Origin: Macrostomum hystrix | Taxonomy: Eukaryota; Animalia; Platyhelminthes | Assembly: GCA_950097015.1 (NCBI GenBank) | Contig: CATNEN010000001.1 | Location: forward strand, 17,670,001 to 17,734,000 | DNA: 64,000 nt | Direction: 5' to 3' | Part shown: piece by piece, positions 54,001 to 63,902 of the stretch | How the letters are laid out: the number at the start of each line of letters is the position of its first letter | Numbering within the stretch: the stretch's first letter is position 1 | The notes under the pieces: model-generated | What the model was told of the DNA's origin: nothing | What the model saw: the letters and a program-made list of their open reading frames with translations, nothing else | The model's database searches: none | Program-made: the position numbers and the translations under genes

Positions 54001-57000
54001 CAAACAATGGCTGTTAGATGTCGTTAAGCTACCAACGTAAGCTGTACTCATTTGTCCCTGTCGCAGGTGCTGATCTCTTATTCGCTTGGGGGCCGGCCAG
54101 CCTCGCGTTGGCTCAGAAAGCTGGGCAGCTTTGCCGCCGGCCAACCGGAGCGACTTCGCCTGCGTCTCCTCAACGGCGCCCTGATGGCCTTTGATCTTGC
54201 CGCCGACTATTGCGGCCGAGGCGGCTCCGCCTTTGATCAGGATCTGGCTACTAGGCTGGCTAGGTCCGCGGCTAGCCAGGCTAATGCGTCTCTGTGTGCG
54301 GTTGCCATGGCAACCCCGGCGCCCCTACCAGCTGCTGCCTGCTCGGATCGAGACTGTCAGCCGACAATGCTCGATTTGAATTCGCCATTGTTTGTTGGAG
54401 GCTTGCCGGCAACCCGCAGTGCGAGAATGTGGCCTACGAATGCGACATCGCTTCAAGGCTATGTCTATGGTGTTGTTGTTGATGGTGAGATGCTGATTAC
54501 AGGATTGCGATATTTCAGCTCCCCGGTCCTCAAATCGGGACGTTTTTCTCCGAGATCCTCAAATTAAGATATTTCAGTTCCTATATCCTTAAATTGGGAT
54601 TCTTCAGTTCCTAGATCCTCAAATTGGGATTCTTCAGTTCCTATATCCTCAAATTGGGATACTTCAGTTCCTAGATCCTCAAATTGAGATACTTCAGTTC
54701 CTAGATCCTCAAATTGGGATACTTCAGTTCCTGTATCCTCAAATTGAGATACTTCAGTTCCTAGATCCTCAAATTGGGATACTTCAGTTCCTGTATCCTC
54801 AAATTGAGATACTTCAGTTCCTAGATCCTCAAATTGACATACTTCAGTTCCTGTATACTCAAATTGGGATTCTTCAGTTCCTAGATCCTCAAATTGAGAT
54901 ACTTCAGTTCCTAGATCCTCAAATTGGGATACTTCAGTTCCTGTATCCTCAAATTGAGATACTTCAGTTCCTATATACTCAAATTGGGATACTTCAGTTC
55001 CTGTATCCTCAAATTGAGATACTTCAGTTCCTAGATCCTCAAATTGGGATACTTCAGTTCCTGTATCCTCAAATTGAGATACTTCAGTTCCTAGATCCTC
55101 AAATTGGGATACTTCAGTTCCTGTATCCTCAAATTGAGATACTTCAGTTCCTAGATCCTCAAATTGGGATACTTCAGTTCCTATATCCTTAAAATGGGAT
55201 ACTTCAGTTCCTATATACTCAAATTGGGATATTTCAGTTCCTAGATCCTCAAATTGAGATACTTCAGTTCCTAGATCCTCAAATTGGGATACTTCAGTTC
55301 CAGTATCCTCAAATTGAGATACTTCAGTTCCTAGATCCTCAAATTGAGATACTTCAGTTCCTATATCCTTAAAATGGGATACTTCAGTTCCTGTATCCTA
55401 AAATTGGGATACTTCAGTTCCTAGATCCTCAAATTGAGATACTTCAGTTCCTATATCCTCAAGTTGGGATTTTTCAGTTCCTAGATCCTCAAATTGGGAT
55501 ATTTCAGTTCCTATATCCTCAAGTTGGGATTCTTCAGTTCCTATATACTCAAATTGGGATATTTCAGTTCCTAGATCCTCAAATTGGGATATTTCAGTTC
55601 CTATATCCTCAAGTTGGGATTTTTCAGTTCCTATATCCACAAATAGGGATATTTCAGTTCCTATATCCACAAATTGGGATATTTCAGTTCCTATATCCTC
55701 AAGTTGGTATGTTTCAATACTCAGTTCCTCAAGTTGGGATATTTCCCTTCTTTGATCCCCAAATTGATGCAAAGACTTGACCAAAGTATTCCTAGACTTG
55801 ACTGCAATGTTTTCCCAAACCACTCGCTTACCGCAGGCACACCTTTAGACCTTTCCAAACCAATGCGCATGTTGCCAACCGTGTCCATGGTAACCAGCGG
55901 GTCCGCCCTTCTGCCAACAGCCTCTTGTCGCCTGGCTTCAAACTGTCCGCCTTTGTCGCCAGAGTCTGGCCAGGATGTATTCACTCTGTCGTCAGCTGAC
56001 AGTCTAGTTTATCGATTTTCATCCGGACTAATGCTTCAATGGCCGCTGAGGTTCGGATTGCATTTTCGACTGCCTGAGCAGCTTCTGGAGTCTGCGGTTG
56101 AGCAGCAGCTGATGCGGCTAGCTCTACAGTCTGGCCGCTCAGTGGCCTTGCTCATGACTAGGGCCGGATTCTTGGCTGTGGAAACTGCACCTAGTAGTTC
56201 GATGGATACTTGGACAGCTCAAAGGCTGACTCTGCGCCAGGTAAGAGCCAGTTTAGTCAGGTGTACAGACACCCTAATAGAGTCAGTTTAGTCAGGTGTA
56301 CAGACACCCTAATAGAGCCAGTTTAGTCAGGTGCACAGACACCCTAATAGAGCCAGTTTAGTCAGGTGCACAGACACCCTAATAGAGTCAGTTTAGTCAG
56401 GTGTACAGACACCATAATAGAGCCAGTTTAGTCAGGTGTACAGACACCCTAATAGAGCCAGTTTAGTTAGGTGTACAGACACCCTAATAGAGCCAGTTTA
56501 GTCAGGTGTACAGACACCCTAATAGAGCCAGTTTAGTCAGGTGTACAGACACCCTAATAGAGTCAGTTTAGTCAGGTGCACAGACACCCTAATAGAGCCA
56601 GTTTAGTCAGGTGCACAGACACCCTAATAGAGCCAGTTTTGTCAGGTGCATGCTCAAACCACTACTATACCCGCAGGTGGCAGGGCTGCAAGACGGTTCG
56701 TGGCACAGAGTTGACGTGAGTTTAGACCCAGTGTCGCACAATGTCCGCCTGTCCGTGGACTCTGGACTGAGATGGAATGCCACCCTGGCGGTGTCCAGTT
56801 CTAGCTCCGCAGTCAACAACTGGAGATTTGACAGCGTGGAGGTTGTTCGCGAGTCAGTCTCGAGTTTTGTTAGCGGCTGCGTCGGAGGTCTGAGGCTCGA
56901 ACCCGCCGGTGTTCTGTCCGGTCCAGCGGCGGGCGCGGCATCGCCCGGTTGCTCGGCCGGTTGCAACCCAGCCGCCTGTCAGAGCTCTGGCGGGCGGTGT

Positions 57001-60000
57001 CTGCCCAGTGGCGGCTGCCAGCCGTGCCCAGCTGGCTATGGCGGAGCCGCCTGTGATAAGCGGCTGTGCCTGACTGCCAATCCGTGCTCAGATGGAGCCG
57101 TCTGCTTCGACAAGCTGGCGAGCGACGGTGGCGGAGGCATCGCCTGCGGCTGCTCCACTGGTTCGGGCGCGAGCGGGTCATTGTGCGAGGACTACGAGGT
57201 GAGGATCCGGCTGGCGAATGAAAGTGGCTCTCGGTCCATGGACTGGGGAATCTGCCTATCCCACTCAAATTTCTACAGCTGGATAGACTGAAGCACTAGA
57301 GAATTGTGTTTCTGAGCAATATAATCATAATTGCAGGAGGGCTGTGGGCAATGGCACACCATTTGGTAACAATAGACCCGCAGCCAGCGAGGAGGCAATT
57401 CTGCCCATTCCGCTGACTCCTGAGCACACACTCACACAGGAGTGTACATCTGCCCTGACTTTCTCATGTACACTCTCACTGCGCCTTGGAGGTAAATTGC
57501 ACGACAAGGCCCCAAGCCTTGTCTGAGTGGCAGAGTGGTCTAACGCGTTTGTCCCCGAGTTCGATTCCGCGGCGAGGCCACATTCATTTGGGATGCAGCC
57601 GCGGAGAGAAGGCTTGGGGGCTTGTCGTGCAATTTACGCCCTTTAGGGCCAACCTCGACGAGAATAAAGTCAGGACAGATGTACACACCTGTATGAGTAT
57701 GTGCTCAGGATTCAGCGAAGACTGCTTGCTGCGGGTCTACTGTCACCGAATGATGTGCCATTGCCCGCAACCCTCCTACAATTTTTTTGTTATACAGGGG
57801 AGTAGGGGACCTTGGTGCGAGAGGCAAGCGTCAGCCGCTGACCAAACTGATTGGTTGACAGACTAGAAGATGGTGTTATGTGGTTGAGCTGCGCCTAGTA
57901 TTTAGTCTTGATCAGTGAAATTGGAGAAATTTGCGTCAGGGTGTCCATAGTGGCCTATTTCTACTTGCTGTAGCCCTTGAAGGTCCTGCAGCTACGTCTA
58001 GATAAAGCTTGGTGACCTAGGGTGACATGCAAATAAATTTTATATTCACTGAGGCGCAGTGCTAATTCGTGTATAGGATGGGAAAAATCTGACCTTCGGC
58101 CGGAACCATTGAATATCTCGATGATCTGAAGAGCTGGCGACTTAAAGTTGGGTTCTTGAGTTTCGCGTGCTTGCGTTGCTCCGCTCGGGTGCAGAACGGA
58201 TAATAATCCCCCCTTGGTAGTTCTACTGTTAAGAGCTTAAGGATTATTTTAGCTCTCCCGCACCGCTACCTCCCAGGTGACGAGCTGTCCGAATGCCTAC
58301 TGGTGGAAGCCGGCAGGCAGCTCGGTGTGCAGTCCGTGCTCATGCGGCAGCTGGGCTGATGGGTTTAATTTGGCTTGCAACTCCAGCACCGGTTCATGCC
58401 TGTGTCAGCCGGGCTATTACAGCACCGGCTCTGCGTGTCTCACCTGCGACTGCTATTCCATTGGTTCCCTTGGCAACGGTTGCCAACAGCAGCAGCAATC
58501 GCCGGGCAGTAGTAACGCCAAGTGCAATTGTCTGCCAGGTGTTCTGGGGAATCGTTGCGACAGGTGCGAGTCACCCTACGCTGAGGTGACCGCAGCCGGA
58601 TGCTCCATGCGCTACGGTGTGTGTCCCAGAACGTACAGTCTGGGTATCTGGTGGCCCAGCACACTGCATGGCGAGGTTGCTAAGGTGCCCTGTCCATCTG
58701 GCTATGAGGGTCTGGCTAGCAGGCTGTGTCTGACTGAGCTAGGAGACTCTTCGACTCTGTGGTCTGGTGACATTGCGGAGAACTGCACCAGGCGGCAGCT
58801 TGAGCAGCTGGCGTTGTTTGCTCGAGCTGGCATCGACGCCGATGCTTCGCCATCCGTTGCTGTGGCCATTGTTGATGCTGTTGTCGGCGCCATTGTTAGT
58901 TCCCGTAGCAACGGCACAGCTGCCATTGAGGTACTGTACAGGCGAGATGTTCTACTATCCTGCAGTCTACTCAACCGGGTGATGCAGCACGAGTTGAGTC
59001 TGGTCTCTGGGCCGTACAGTGGCGGATCGTTTCTGTTGAATTTGGCATCCCTTGGTGGCAGCTCGACCTTCCAGTCTAACCTGCTGACTGCACTGGAGAG
59101 GTTGTTGAGACCCGATACTGTGCGAGCCTGGAGGAGTGGTCAGAACAGCGGCGAGTTTAACTGTACGGCCGCTTCTCTGTTTGCACAGTTGGAGCGCTAC
59201 TCTGTTGCCATGGCAACGGTTGCTAAGTTGGACGGTTTAACGGCCGGCAACGATTTAACTGACAAACAGGGCATCAGTGTCTGCTCAGCTAGCTGTGAGT
59301 TGTCATTGTTTAGTTTAATTACTTTTTGTCGCTTTTTATTTACTTTAAATCATCATTTTGTGGATCTATTTTTTGAACCTCCGTTAATTATATTCGTTAA
59401 TTTTTTCCTTTACTTTCCTATAACTTCAGAAGGCTATTTTTGTTGTTTAATCGCTACATTAAGTCGTTACTCTTTTGAAATTAACGTATTAGGTTATATA
59501 GGTAATTCGTTACTTATTTTCGTTACTTTTGTGACTTATAATATCTCCATCTTGTTGGCTAAATTTTGGTTTTAAAACTATCACTTTAGAGAATTGCTTA
59601 GTTTCATCATTTGTCAATATTGGTTTTTATCCCTTACTTTTATTCGTTACTTTGATTTTTTATTTTTACCTTCAGCTTCAGTTTCATCCGCGGAAAACTC
59701 TACAAATCCCGTCTCCGCTGTTAAGTCTATTGACTGCGGCCCGTCCCTGTCTCGTGTGTCTGTAAGCATCGAGCTACTCAACTCGTCATCTGAGGCCGCA
59801 TTCTCAACTTCTGTTCTTGTCTGGCTTGGAAATCACTCGAGTCTGATTCAGAATACTACTCATAGTAGCGAGTCAGTGGTCACCACTTCGCCTGTTGTTG
59901 CTGTTGGAGTCTCAGTCTGGACTGCGGCAGAGAACCGCAGCTGGCTTGTTGCTCAACCGGAGATCAGCGTTGTTATCAGATTCGCGGGATCTAGCAATTC

Positions 60001-63000
60001 TAATGCTACTCTGAACCACAGGTGAGCTGCTCGGAGTTGCTGTGGGATAATTCAGGATCAGAATCAAAAGGATCAGAATCTGAGTAGGGATAGTTCTAGG
60101 ATCAGAATCTGAGTAGGGATTATTCTAGGATCAGAATCTGAGTAGGGATTATTCTAGGATCCGAATCTGAGTAGGGATAGTTCTAGGATCAGAATCTGAG
60201 TAGGGATTATTCTAGGATCAGAATCTGAGTAGGGATTATTCTAGGATCAGAATCTGAGTAGGGATTATTCTAGGATCAGAATCTGAGTAGGGATTATTCT
60301 AGGATCAGAATCTGAGTAGGGATTATTCTAGGATCAGAATCTGAGTAGGGATTATTCTAGGATCAGAATCTGAGTAGGGATTATTCTAGGATTAATGTCC
60401 AGATCAAAGAGGCGGAGGCGAGAAAAGTGGCGGTACGAACATGGCGACGCAGGCCCTAAAGCGATTAAGCATTAAGCAGTGTATTTTTGGACGAAGAAAT
60501 AAAACGACCGGAGGTAAAAGCAAAAAGAAGAAAGAAAAATTTTGACAATTGAGCAGCAGCGACACCCTCTCACGCTGAGAGAGTTGTCAAATAAAACTAC
60601 GTGGTAGGCACGTGCCCCGGGAATTAGGGGTGGTGGAGATAGTGCACACGCTCAGTACGTAAAACACGCAAGGTAGCGCAAACTAGGATGTACAGCTAGG
60701 TGAGCAGAGTGACTGGTAAAGATCAGAAGGTAGCGAGGCGGATTGCTCAAACATTAAAAGCGGTTAAAGCCGCAAGCTTTACCCGCCTATCAGAATCTGA
60801 GTAGGGATAATTCTAGGATCAGAATCTGAGTAGGGATTATTCTAGGATCAGAATATGAGTAGGGATTATTCTAGGATCAGAATCTGAGTAGGGATTATTC
60901 TAGGAGCATCAGTGTGAGATCATTCCAAGATCATAACATGAGCAGAATAACTCAAGCTCAGTGATGAGAGTGGAGTGGTTCTGAAGTACAGCAATGTTTA
61001 ACCTATCAACTCACTAGTCACTCAGCTTGGTCATAATAATGTAAATTGATTGACACCTATGTACTCAGGTGTGCATTCTGGCACCCAGTGCTGAATCTCT
61101 GGTCAACTGACGGCTGCAACTCAACTGGAAATTTCACCTGTCGCTGCAATCATCTCAGCCTGTTTGCCATCGTTGGCGACGCCATTACGGTGAGAGAAGT
61201 GTTCTGATTGGCTGATAACTAATGTACATATGTTCTGTTAAATCAATGAAACTTTAGAATGTACAGAAAACCATGTACAATCACTTCCGACAGCATAAAA
61301 TGGAAAAAAATCTTTGACTCACATGAACTCACACTTAGACTCACAAACCAATCACATTAGACTAACAGTAGCTCTTTTGGCAACTTAGACTTGATTTTGC
61401 TGATGCTTATGGTAAGCTGTGTAAGCAGTTTTTACATTTGATTTTGTCTAGTGTTCCCATGCCATATCTATACTACCCCTGTCACCTTACCCCTGTTCCC
61501 CTACCCCTGTTCCCTACCCCTGTTCCCTTACCCCTATTCATCTACCCCTGTTCCCTTACCCCTATTCATCTACCCCTGTTCCCTTACCCCTATTCATCTA
61601 CCCCTGTTCCCTTACCCCTATTCATCTACCCCTGTTCCCCTACCCCTATTCATCTACCCCTGTTCCCCTACCCCTGTTCCCTTATCCCTATTCATCTACC
61701 CCTGTTCCCCTACCCCTGTTCATCTACCCCTGTTCCCTTACCCCTATTCATCTACCCCTGTTCCCTTATCCCTATTCATCTACCCCTGTTCCCTTATCCC
61801 TATTCATCTACCCCTGTTCCCTTATCCCTATTCATCTACCCCTGTTCCCCTACCCCTGTTCCCCTACCCCTGTTCCCCTACCTCTGTTCCCCTACCCCTG
61901 TTCCCCTACCCCTGTTCCCCTACCCCTGTTCCCTTATCCCTATTCATCTACCCCTGTTCCCTTACCCCTGCTCCCCTACCCCTGTTCCCCTACCCCTGTT
62001 CCCCTACCCCTGTTCCCCTACCCCTGTTCCCCTACCCCTCTCTCACCCCTAGCCCACCCGCCCCTCCCCGCAGACGCCAATCGTGAAGCCGTTCAACCCG
62101 CCGACCGGGTCCTACACGCTGCTCGGTCTGGCCTGCCTGCTGCATCTCTACCACGCCGCCGCCGCCCTGCCAGTGGCTCGCCGCTGCCAGTCGCAGACCT
62201 ACTGGACCCGCTGTCACGCCAGCTTGATCGCCTGCCTGGCCCTGCTAAGCCAGGCCGCCCTGTTGACTCAGGTGGCGCGCGCGTTGCTGTGCCGTTTCGG
62301 CTCCGCAGCCATCGTCTACCTGAGCCAATGCCAGCTGCTCTGGCTGTGTCTGTGCTCCTGGCACTCTTGCCGCCTGGTGAGACACGGCCCCAGGGCCGAC
62401 CTATGCGGCCTGGCCGCCAGTAGGTTTGTGGCCTTCCTAGTGCCTGCCGGATCTACCGCCTTCACCCTGGCTTTGGCCGGTGATGCCATCGGCAGTCTGG
62501 CACCTTTGTGAGGGCACATTTAAGCACTTATCTGTTTGGGAATGGGAGAATCTGGGATTTGTGGTAAAGATTAGAGGATCGGATAATCTGGGATTTCTGG
62601 AAGATTGGAGAATGGGATAATTTGGGATTTCTGGGAAAGATCGGAAGATGAGATAATTTAGAATTCGGAAAATATTACAGGATGGGATAATCTGACATTT
62701 GGGGAAATATTAGAGGATAAGATAATCTTGAGTTTGGGAAACTATTAGAGAATGGGATAATCTGAGGATTTGGAAACTATTAGAGAATGGGATAATCTGA
62801 GGATTTGGGAAAATATTAGAGAATGGGATAATCTGAGGATTTGGAAACTATTAGAGAATGGGATAATCTGAGGATTTGGAAACTATTAGAGAATGGGATA
62901 ATCTGAGGATTTGGAAAAAATATTAGAGAATGGGATAATCTGAGGATTTGGGAAAATATTAGAGAATGGGATAATCTGAGGATTTGGAAACTATTAGAGA

Positions 63001-63872
63001 ATGGGATAATCTGAGGATTTGGGAAAATATTAGAGAATGGGATAATCTGAGGATTTGGGAAAATATTAGAGAATGGGATAATCTGAGGATTTGGAAACTA
63101 TTAGAGAATGGGATAATCTGAGGATTTGGGAAAATATTAGAGAATGGGATAATCTGAGGATTTGGAACTTTCTTTTCACTTTTCCAATCCTTTCCTTCCC
63201 TGCCGTCCGCAGCTGCTGGGTGTCTCCCGTGGGCAGCCTGCCAGTGTCTGTGTATCTGCCCTACGGTCTGCTCTGCATCGTTTGCGTTGGCACAGCCGCA
63301 GCCGCGGGCGCTATCCTACCTGTGATGAGGCGGCGAACAGCCTCCAACAATAGTACCTGCTGCTCGGCTAGCAACGGTTGCCATGAGACAAACGCTAACG
63401 TTGCAAATGTTGGCGCTATTGTGGTTAAAGGTATTCTCAAAGGTGGCGCCCATAGCAACAACGCTCGCGGCGTTCATAGTGATGAACCTGTTGCCCATAG
63501 CAACCAAGCAGTCTGCCTTAGCAACGGTCGCAACTTACAGACAGTCGAGTCAGATTCTCATGTGCTCACTAATCAGAGCGAGTTTGTCGAGTCAATCATA
63601 ACGTCCCTGCCTGTTGCTATGACAACCTGCGCCAGTCGGTCCGCGCTGTCGTCGGCAGGCTGGTGCTTGGCCTACGCTGGCGCCAGCGGATACTCCGCCA
63701 ATCTGTACATGGCAGCCGCCGGCCTTTGGCTAGCCGAAGCTGTCCTGGCGGTGCTGCTGGAACAGGCTGTCGAGCCAGTCGGTCGTAGTCTATGGCGGCA
63801 CCTTGTTCAGCACCGAAGGTTGCCGAAATTCGATGCCAAACTTGCCGGCGTTAACTCGGCCCTGGTTGGCGG
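33016..63872 (+). CDS. CELSR: CELSR/Flamingo/Starry night adhesion GPCR (18 exons visible; gene continues past the window)
   Basis: GT-AG exons, all phase-consistent: 33016-33305, 33616-33972, 34119-34291, 35458-35915, 36329-36669, 38264-38569, 39449-40076, 44655-45057, 46665-47140, 52783-53274, 54067-54484, 55837-56240, 56677-57198, 58277-59294, 59676-60021, 61069-61189, 62074-62507, 63213-63872. Domain order: signal peptide, 9 cadherin repeats (LDRE/DxNDxxP), Flamingo box, EGF, LamG, LamG, EGF, laminin-EGF, HRM (CPRTYSLGIWWPST...C), GAIN/GPS, 7TM with FCWVS. Confidence 0.93.
34460..35340. repeat. 27/28-bp minisatellite (TAGGAAACTGGTCATTCAGCATTGCTCC)n, CELSR intron 3
   Basis: Read directly from the sequence; flanks are degenerate. 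Confidence 0.93.
36722..37053 (-). mobile_element. Near full-length tRNA-derived SINE, CELSR intron 5
   Basis: Minus-strand head GTGGAAGACGGTCTAACACG...GAGCTCGATTCC (A/B-box-like), shared body, (ATT)n tail. Confidence 0.82.
37085..38184. repeat. 24/27-bp minisatellite (GTCATTTGAATTGTCATCTAGCTT)n, intron 5
   Basis: Read directly from the sequence. Confidence 0.96.
38630..39292. repeat. 20/21-bp minisatellite (TCATTCTTGGTCATTTGAAC)n, intron 6
   Basis: Read directly from the sequence. Confidence 0.95.
40119..44568. repeat. 34-bp minisatellite (GTAATACTCAGTCTGTAGATTGGGCACATTGTGG)n, ~130 copies, intron 7
   Basis: Read directly from the sequence, period 34. Confidence 0.98.
45088..46581. repeat. 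Two consecutive related 32-bp minisatellites, intron 8
   Basis: ATGACCAATTAACAATGTGGGTTGAAGTGTTC, then ATGACCAGTTAACAATTTGTCATCAATGCATT. Confidence 0.95.
47160..47555. repeat. Degenerate ~20-21-bp repeat (GGGAATCCCTCACTCTTATT), intron 9, split by the LTR element
   Basis: The same motif resumes at 52497-52570. Confidence 0.85.
47556..47752 (-). repeat. 3' LTR
   Basis: Direct repeat of 52300-52496. Preceded on the minus strand by the polypurine tract AGGGGGAAAGTAG (47753-47765). Confidence 0.97.
47788..50967 (-). CDS. pol: Reverse transcriptase-RNase H-integrase
   Basis: RT (RLCTDWRQLN, YIDDI), RNase H (CDSSQFAVG, RELLAL, SDHRPL), integrase HHCC, DDE (QIDIKG, HSDQG, VERGN) and GPY motif. Confidence 0.97.
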   Translation of the reverse strand: MAQGGFQRGVFEPSEDFVKSTAILPARVLAVSDGCRIPVKMCNLAEEPVLLYANKAVGTFEGAMTDEDGRQEAAHETPVGWNINAELPERDAARLRQLLERNEDLFARHEYDLGTTALLQHQIELVPGARPHRQVQRRLPLSVRGQVDKKIGQMLDSGIIEPSTSPWASNLLVVRKKDGDIRLCTDWRQLNACTVRDAYPLPHLQQAMDALVGCSWFSTIDCRQGYHQVEVAEEDRHKTAFCSTRGLMQFCKMGFGMCNAPATFQRLMELVMSGLSWESVLTYIDDIIVFSRTFDDHLERLAEVFKRLRDAGLKLHKAKSAFGHRRVLYLGHLISEQGIAPDPGKVEAIRSMPSPTTTEEVKRFLGMLGFYRRFIPGFSQTARVLHDVSVKSGDFEWSSDCERAFHELKDQLTTAPVLRLPDFTKQFVLSCDSSQFAVGAVLSQLHGDAELPVAFASRTLNKAERNYSATDRELLALVWSLKHFRTYLLSVPNFRVYSDHRPLQGLLTTKDPEGRLARWLSTLQQFSFELLYRPGRDNVVPDALSRVAGTRLQPRWDDSSLHEEQRQDPLLSKAFQALTEGVDSLSDSWAAQVRELLDGASVSSAGVLLVGGRPVIPGHLRPHFLQQAHSCDQSGHLGVDRTGARLSERCWWPGLRRDVENWVASCAVCLAKKSPTKPQKAPLQSTCQPTAPWQLVQIDIKGPLPRTTDGKAYILSMCDAFSKWMETAALAGIDAVTVADALLKSVVLRHGAPQVLHSDQGRQFESEVFGRLCEQLGVEKTRTSPFHPSGNGIVERGNRTLGDMLATTVAENQQDWDSKLPYVTWAYNTYVHSTTGLSPYQVLHGWPPRLALDSWLISGDRPAADGEHHGFLRRTQENLQSAFDTVHSRLRSAQVERNRLANRDSRFVPFEEGQLVMLRNSVIKRGQTRCLSAKWKGPYRVLRRLGEVNYRIQDEAGRRRRLVVHHDRLKRFVQRRASLELPAAADRRPPAADADNDGTAAEPPGQAADPGGDAVAFWPELQADEVHEEPPAAPAEPVIVPRRSARERRPPDLCMAGFA
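50913..51497 (-). CDS. pol: Aspartic protease part of pol (-1 frame relative to gag)
   Basis: ALLDTGAQVS active site and IIGMDF motif. Confidence 0.9.
   Translation of the reverse strand, partial: GKLLRVGSLGPAPTRSKGALRSAPSVFVKVHFGSVSAPALLDTGAQVSLMDKSLFDRLPCKIDCTDIGALPTAVDGSRLRCLGLSAADVSIGKTIRVRHRFTVVDGIQPSLIIGMDFIGEVSQAMTIDIKEGVVKFDSTTVPFSSEPARADCRLVPSVLVARVAATTELPARSEKLVWLKVDSSGESLSRLRTS
51485..52279 (-). CDS. gag: Gag with two CCHC zinc knuckles
   Basis: CFSCGELGHIARRC and CSRCSGKGHSAAVC. ATG lies about 20 nt after the LTR. Confidence 0.93.
   Translation of the reverse strand: MAKSEQASLLPSKFSGDSNVRTWLSTFEDFADDCEWDDKKKAKKLRLLVTGEAQIFVWEQPEDVSASYEKLKEKLIECFGNSLSCYRAMEDFEERKRQPNESLRELAYSLKLLHLRARPDDSVAAREKDVKFRLMRLLPSAVRDALLKDQDVDSCSLAAIVDRAARLELVSHATTASSAAVSVEDRRLSQLEQQMQQLTASVRAGPPGRDRRQKGPIKCFSCGELGHIARRCPKATGIRCSRCSGKGHSAAVCPTPTGQPQGNF
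52286..52298 (-). promoter_or_regulatory. Primer binding site, probably tRNA-Leu
   Basis: TGGTGGCAGCGGT, 1 nt after the LTR, is complementary to ...ACCGCUGCCACCA-3', the acceptor end of eukaryotic tRNA-Leu(AAG/TAG). Confidence 0.8.
52300..52496 (-). repeat. 5' LTR
   Basis: Direct repeat of 47556-47752. Confidence 0.97.
52783..59294 (+). CDS. CELSR: CELSR exons 10-14: EGF, laminin-G, laminin-EGF and HRM domains
   Basis: CRCPPGYSG; LSFATVNADGLLLW; LDLNSPLFVGGLP; DGSWHRV; CDCYSIGS...CNCLPGVLGNRCDRCESPYAEVT. Confidence 0.9.
53320..53948. repeat. ~27-bp minisatellite (GGGTGAGATTTTGAAACGATGATCTCA)n, intron 10
   Basis: Read directly from the sequence. Confidence 0.93.
54545..55746. repeat. 30-bp minisatellite (TCCTCAAATTGGGATACTTCAGTTCCTAGA)n, intron 11
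   Basis: Read directly from the sequence, ~40 copies. Confidence 0.97.
56244..56650. repeat. 35-bp minisatellite (AGAGCCAGTTTAGTCAGGTGTACAGACACCCTAAT)n, intron 12
   Basis: ~11.6 copies. Confidence 0.97.
57322..57835. mobile_element. Nested, inverted SINE pair, intron 13
   Basis: Minus-strand 3' half at 57322-57520, plus-strand copy at 57524-57782 (TGGCAGAGTGG A-box, GAGTTCGATTCC B-box), minus-strand head fragment at ~57805-57835. Confidence 0.8.
60050..60905. repeat. 29-bp minisatellite (GGATCAGAATCTGAGTAGGGATTATTCTA)n, intron 15, interrupted by an insertion
   Basis: Read directly from the sequence. Confidence 0.95.
60393..60788. mobile_element. Unclassified ~396-bp non-autonomous insertion with a terminal hairpin
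   Basis: Splits one repeat unit cleanly at GGAT|CAGAATC. Confidence 0.65.
61069..61189 (+). CDS. CELSR: CELSR GPS-motif exon (below the ORF-track length cutoff)
   Basis: (R)CAFWHPVLNLWSTDGCNSTGNFTCRCNHLSLFAIVGDAIT, with the canonical C-x2-W...W...C...CxC-x-H-L|S-x-F-A. Confidence 0.92.
61470..62040. repeat. 14-bp C-rich minisatellite (TACCCCTGTTCCCC / TACCCCTATTCATC), intron 16
   Basis: Read directly from the sequence. Confidence 0.95.
62074..63872 (+). CDS. CELSR: CELSR 7TM exons 17-18 (62074-62507, 63213-63872)
   Basis: Hydrophobic helices, a Cys at the top of TM3, and the spliced ECL2 motif F|CWVS. Confidence 0.8.
62540..63167. repeat. 35-37-bp minisatellite (TTAGAGAATGGGATAATCTGAGGATTTGGAAACTA)n, intron 17
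   Basis: Read directly from the sequence; the 5' part is degenerate. Confidence 0.93.
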
Positions 63873-63902
63873 GTGAGTTTCTTGTTTGCTGATCGTGGAT
63901 TC

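Noticed and set aside
57524-57575. tRNA-like A/B boxes
   Set aside because: No complete cloverleaf; this is the head of a repeated SINE.
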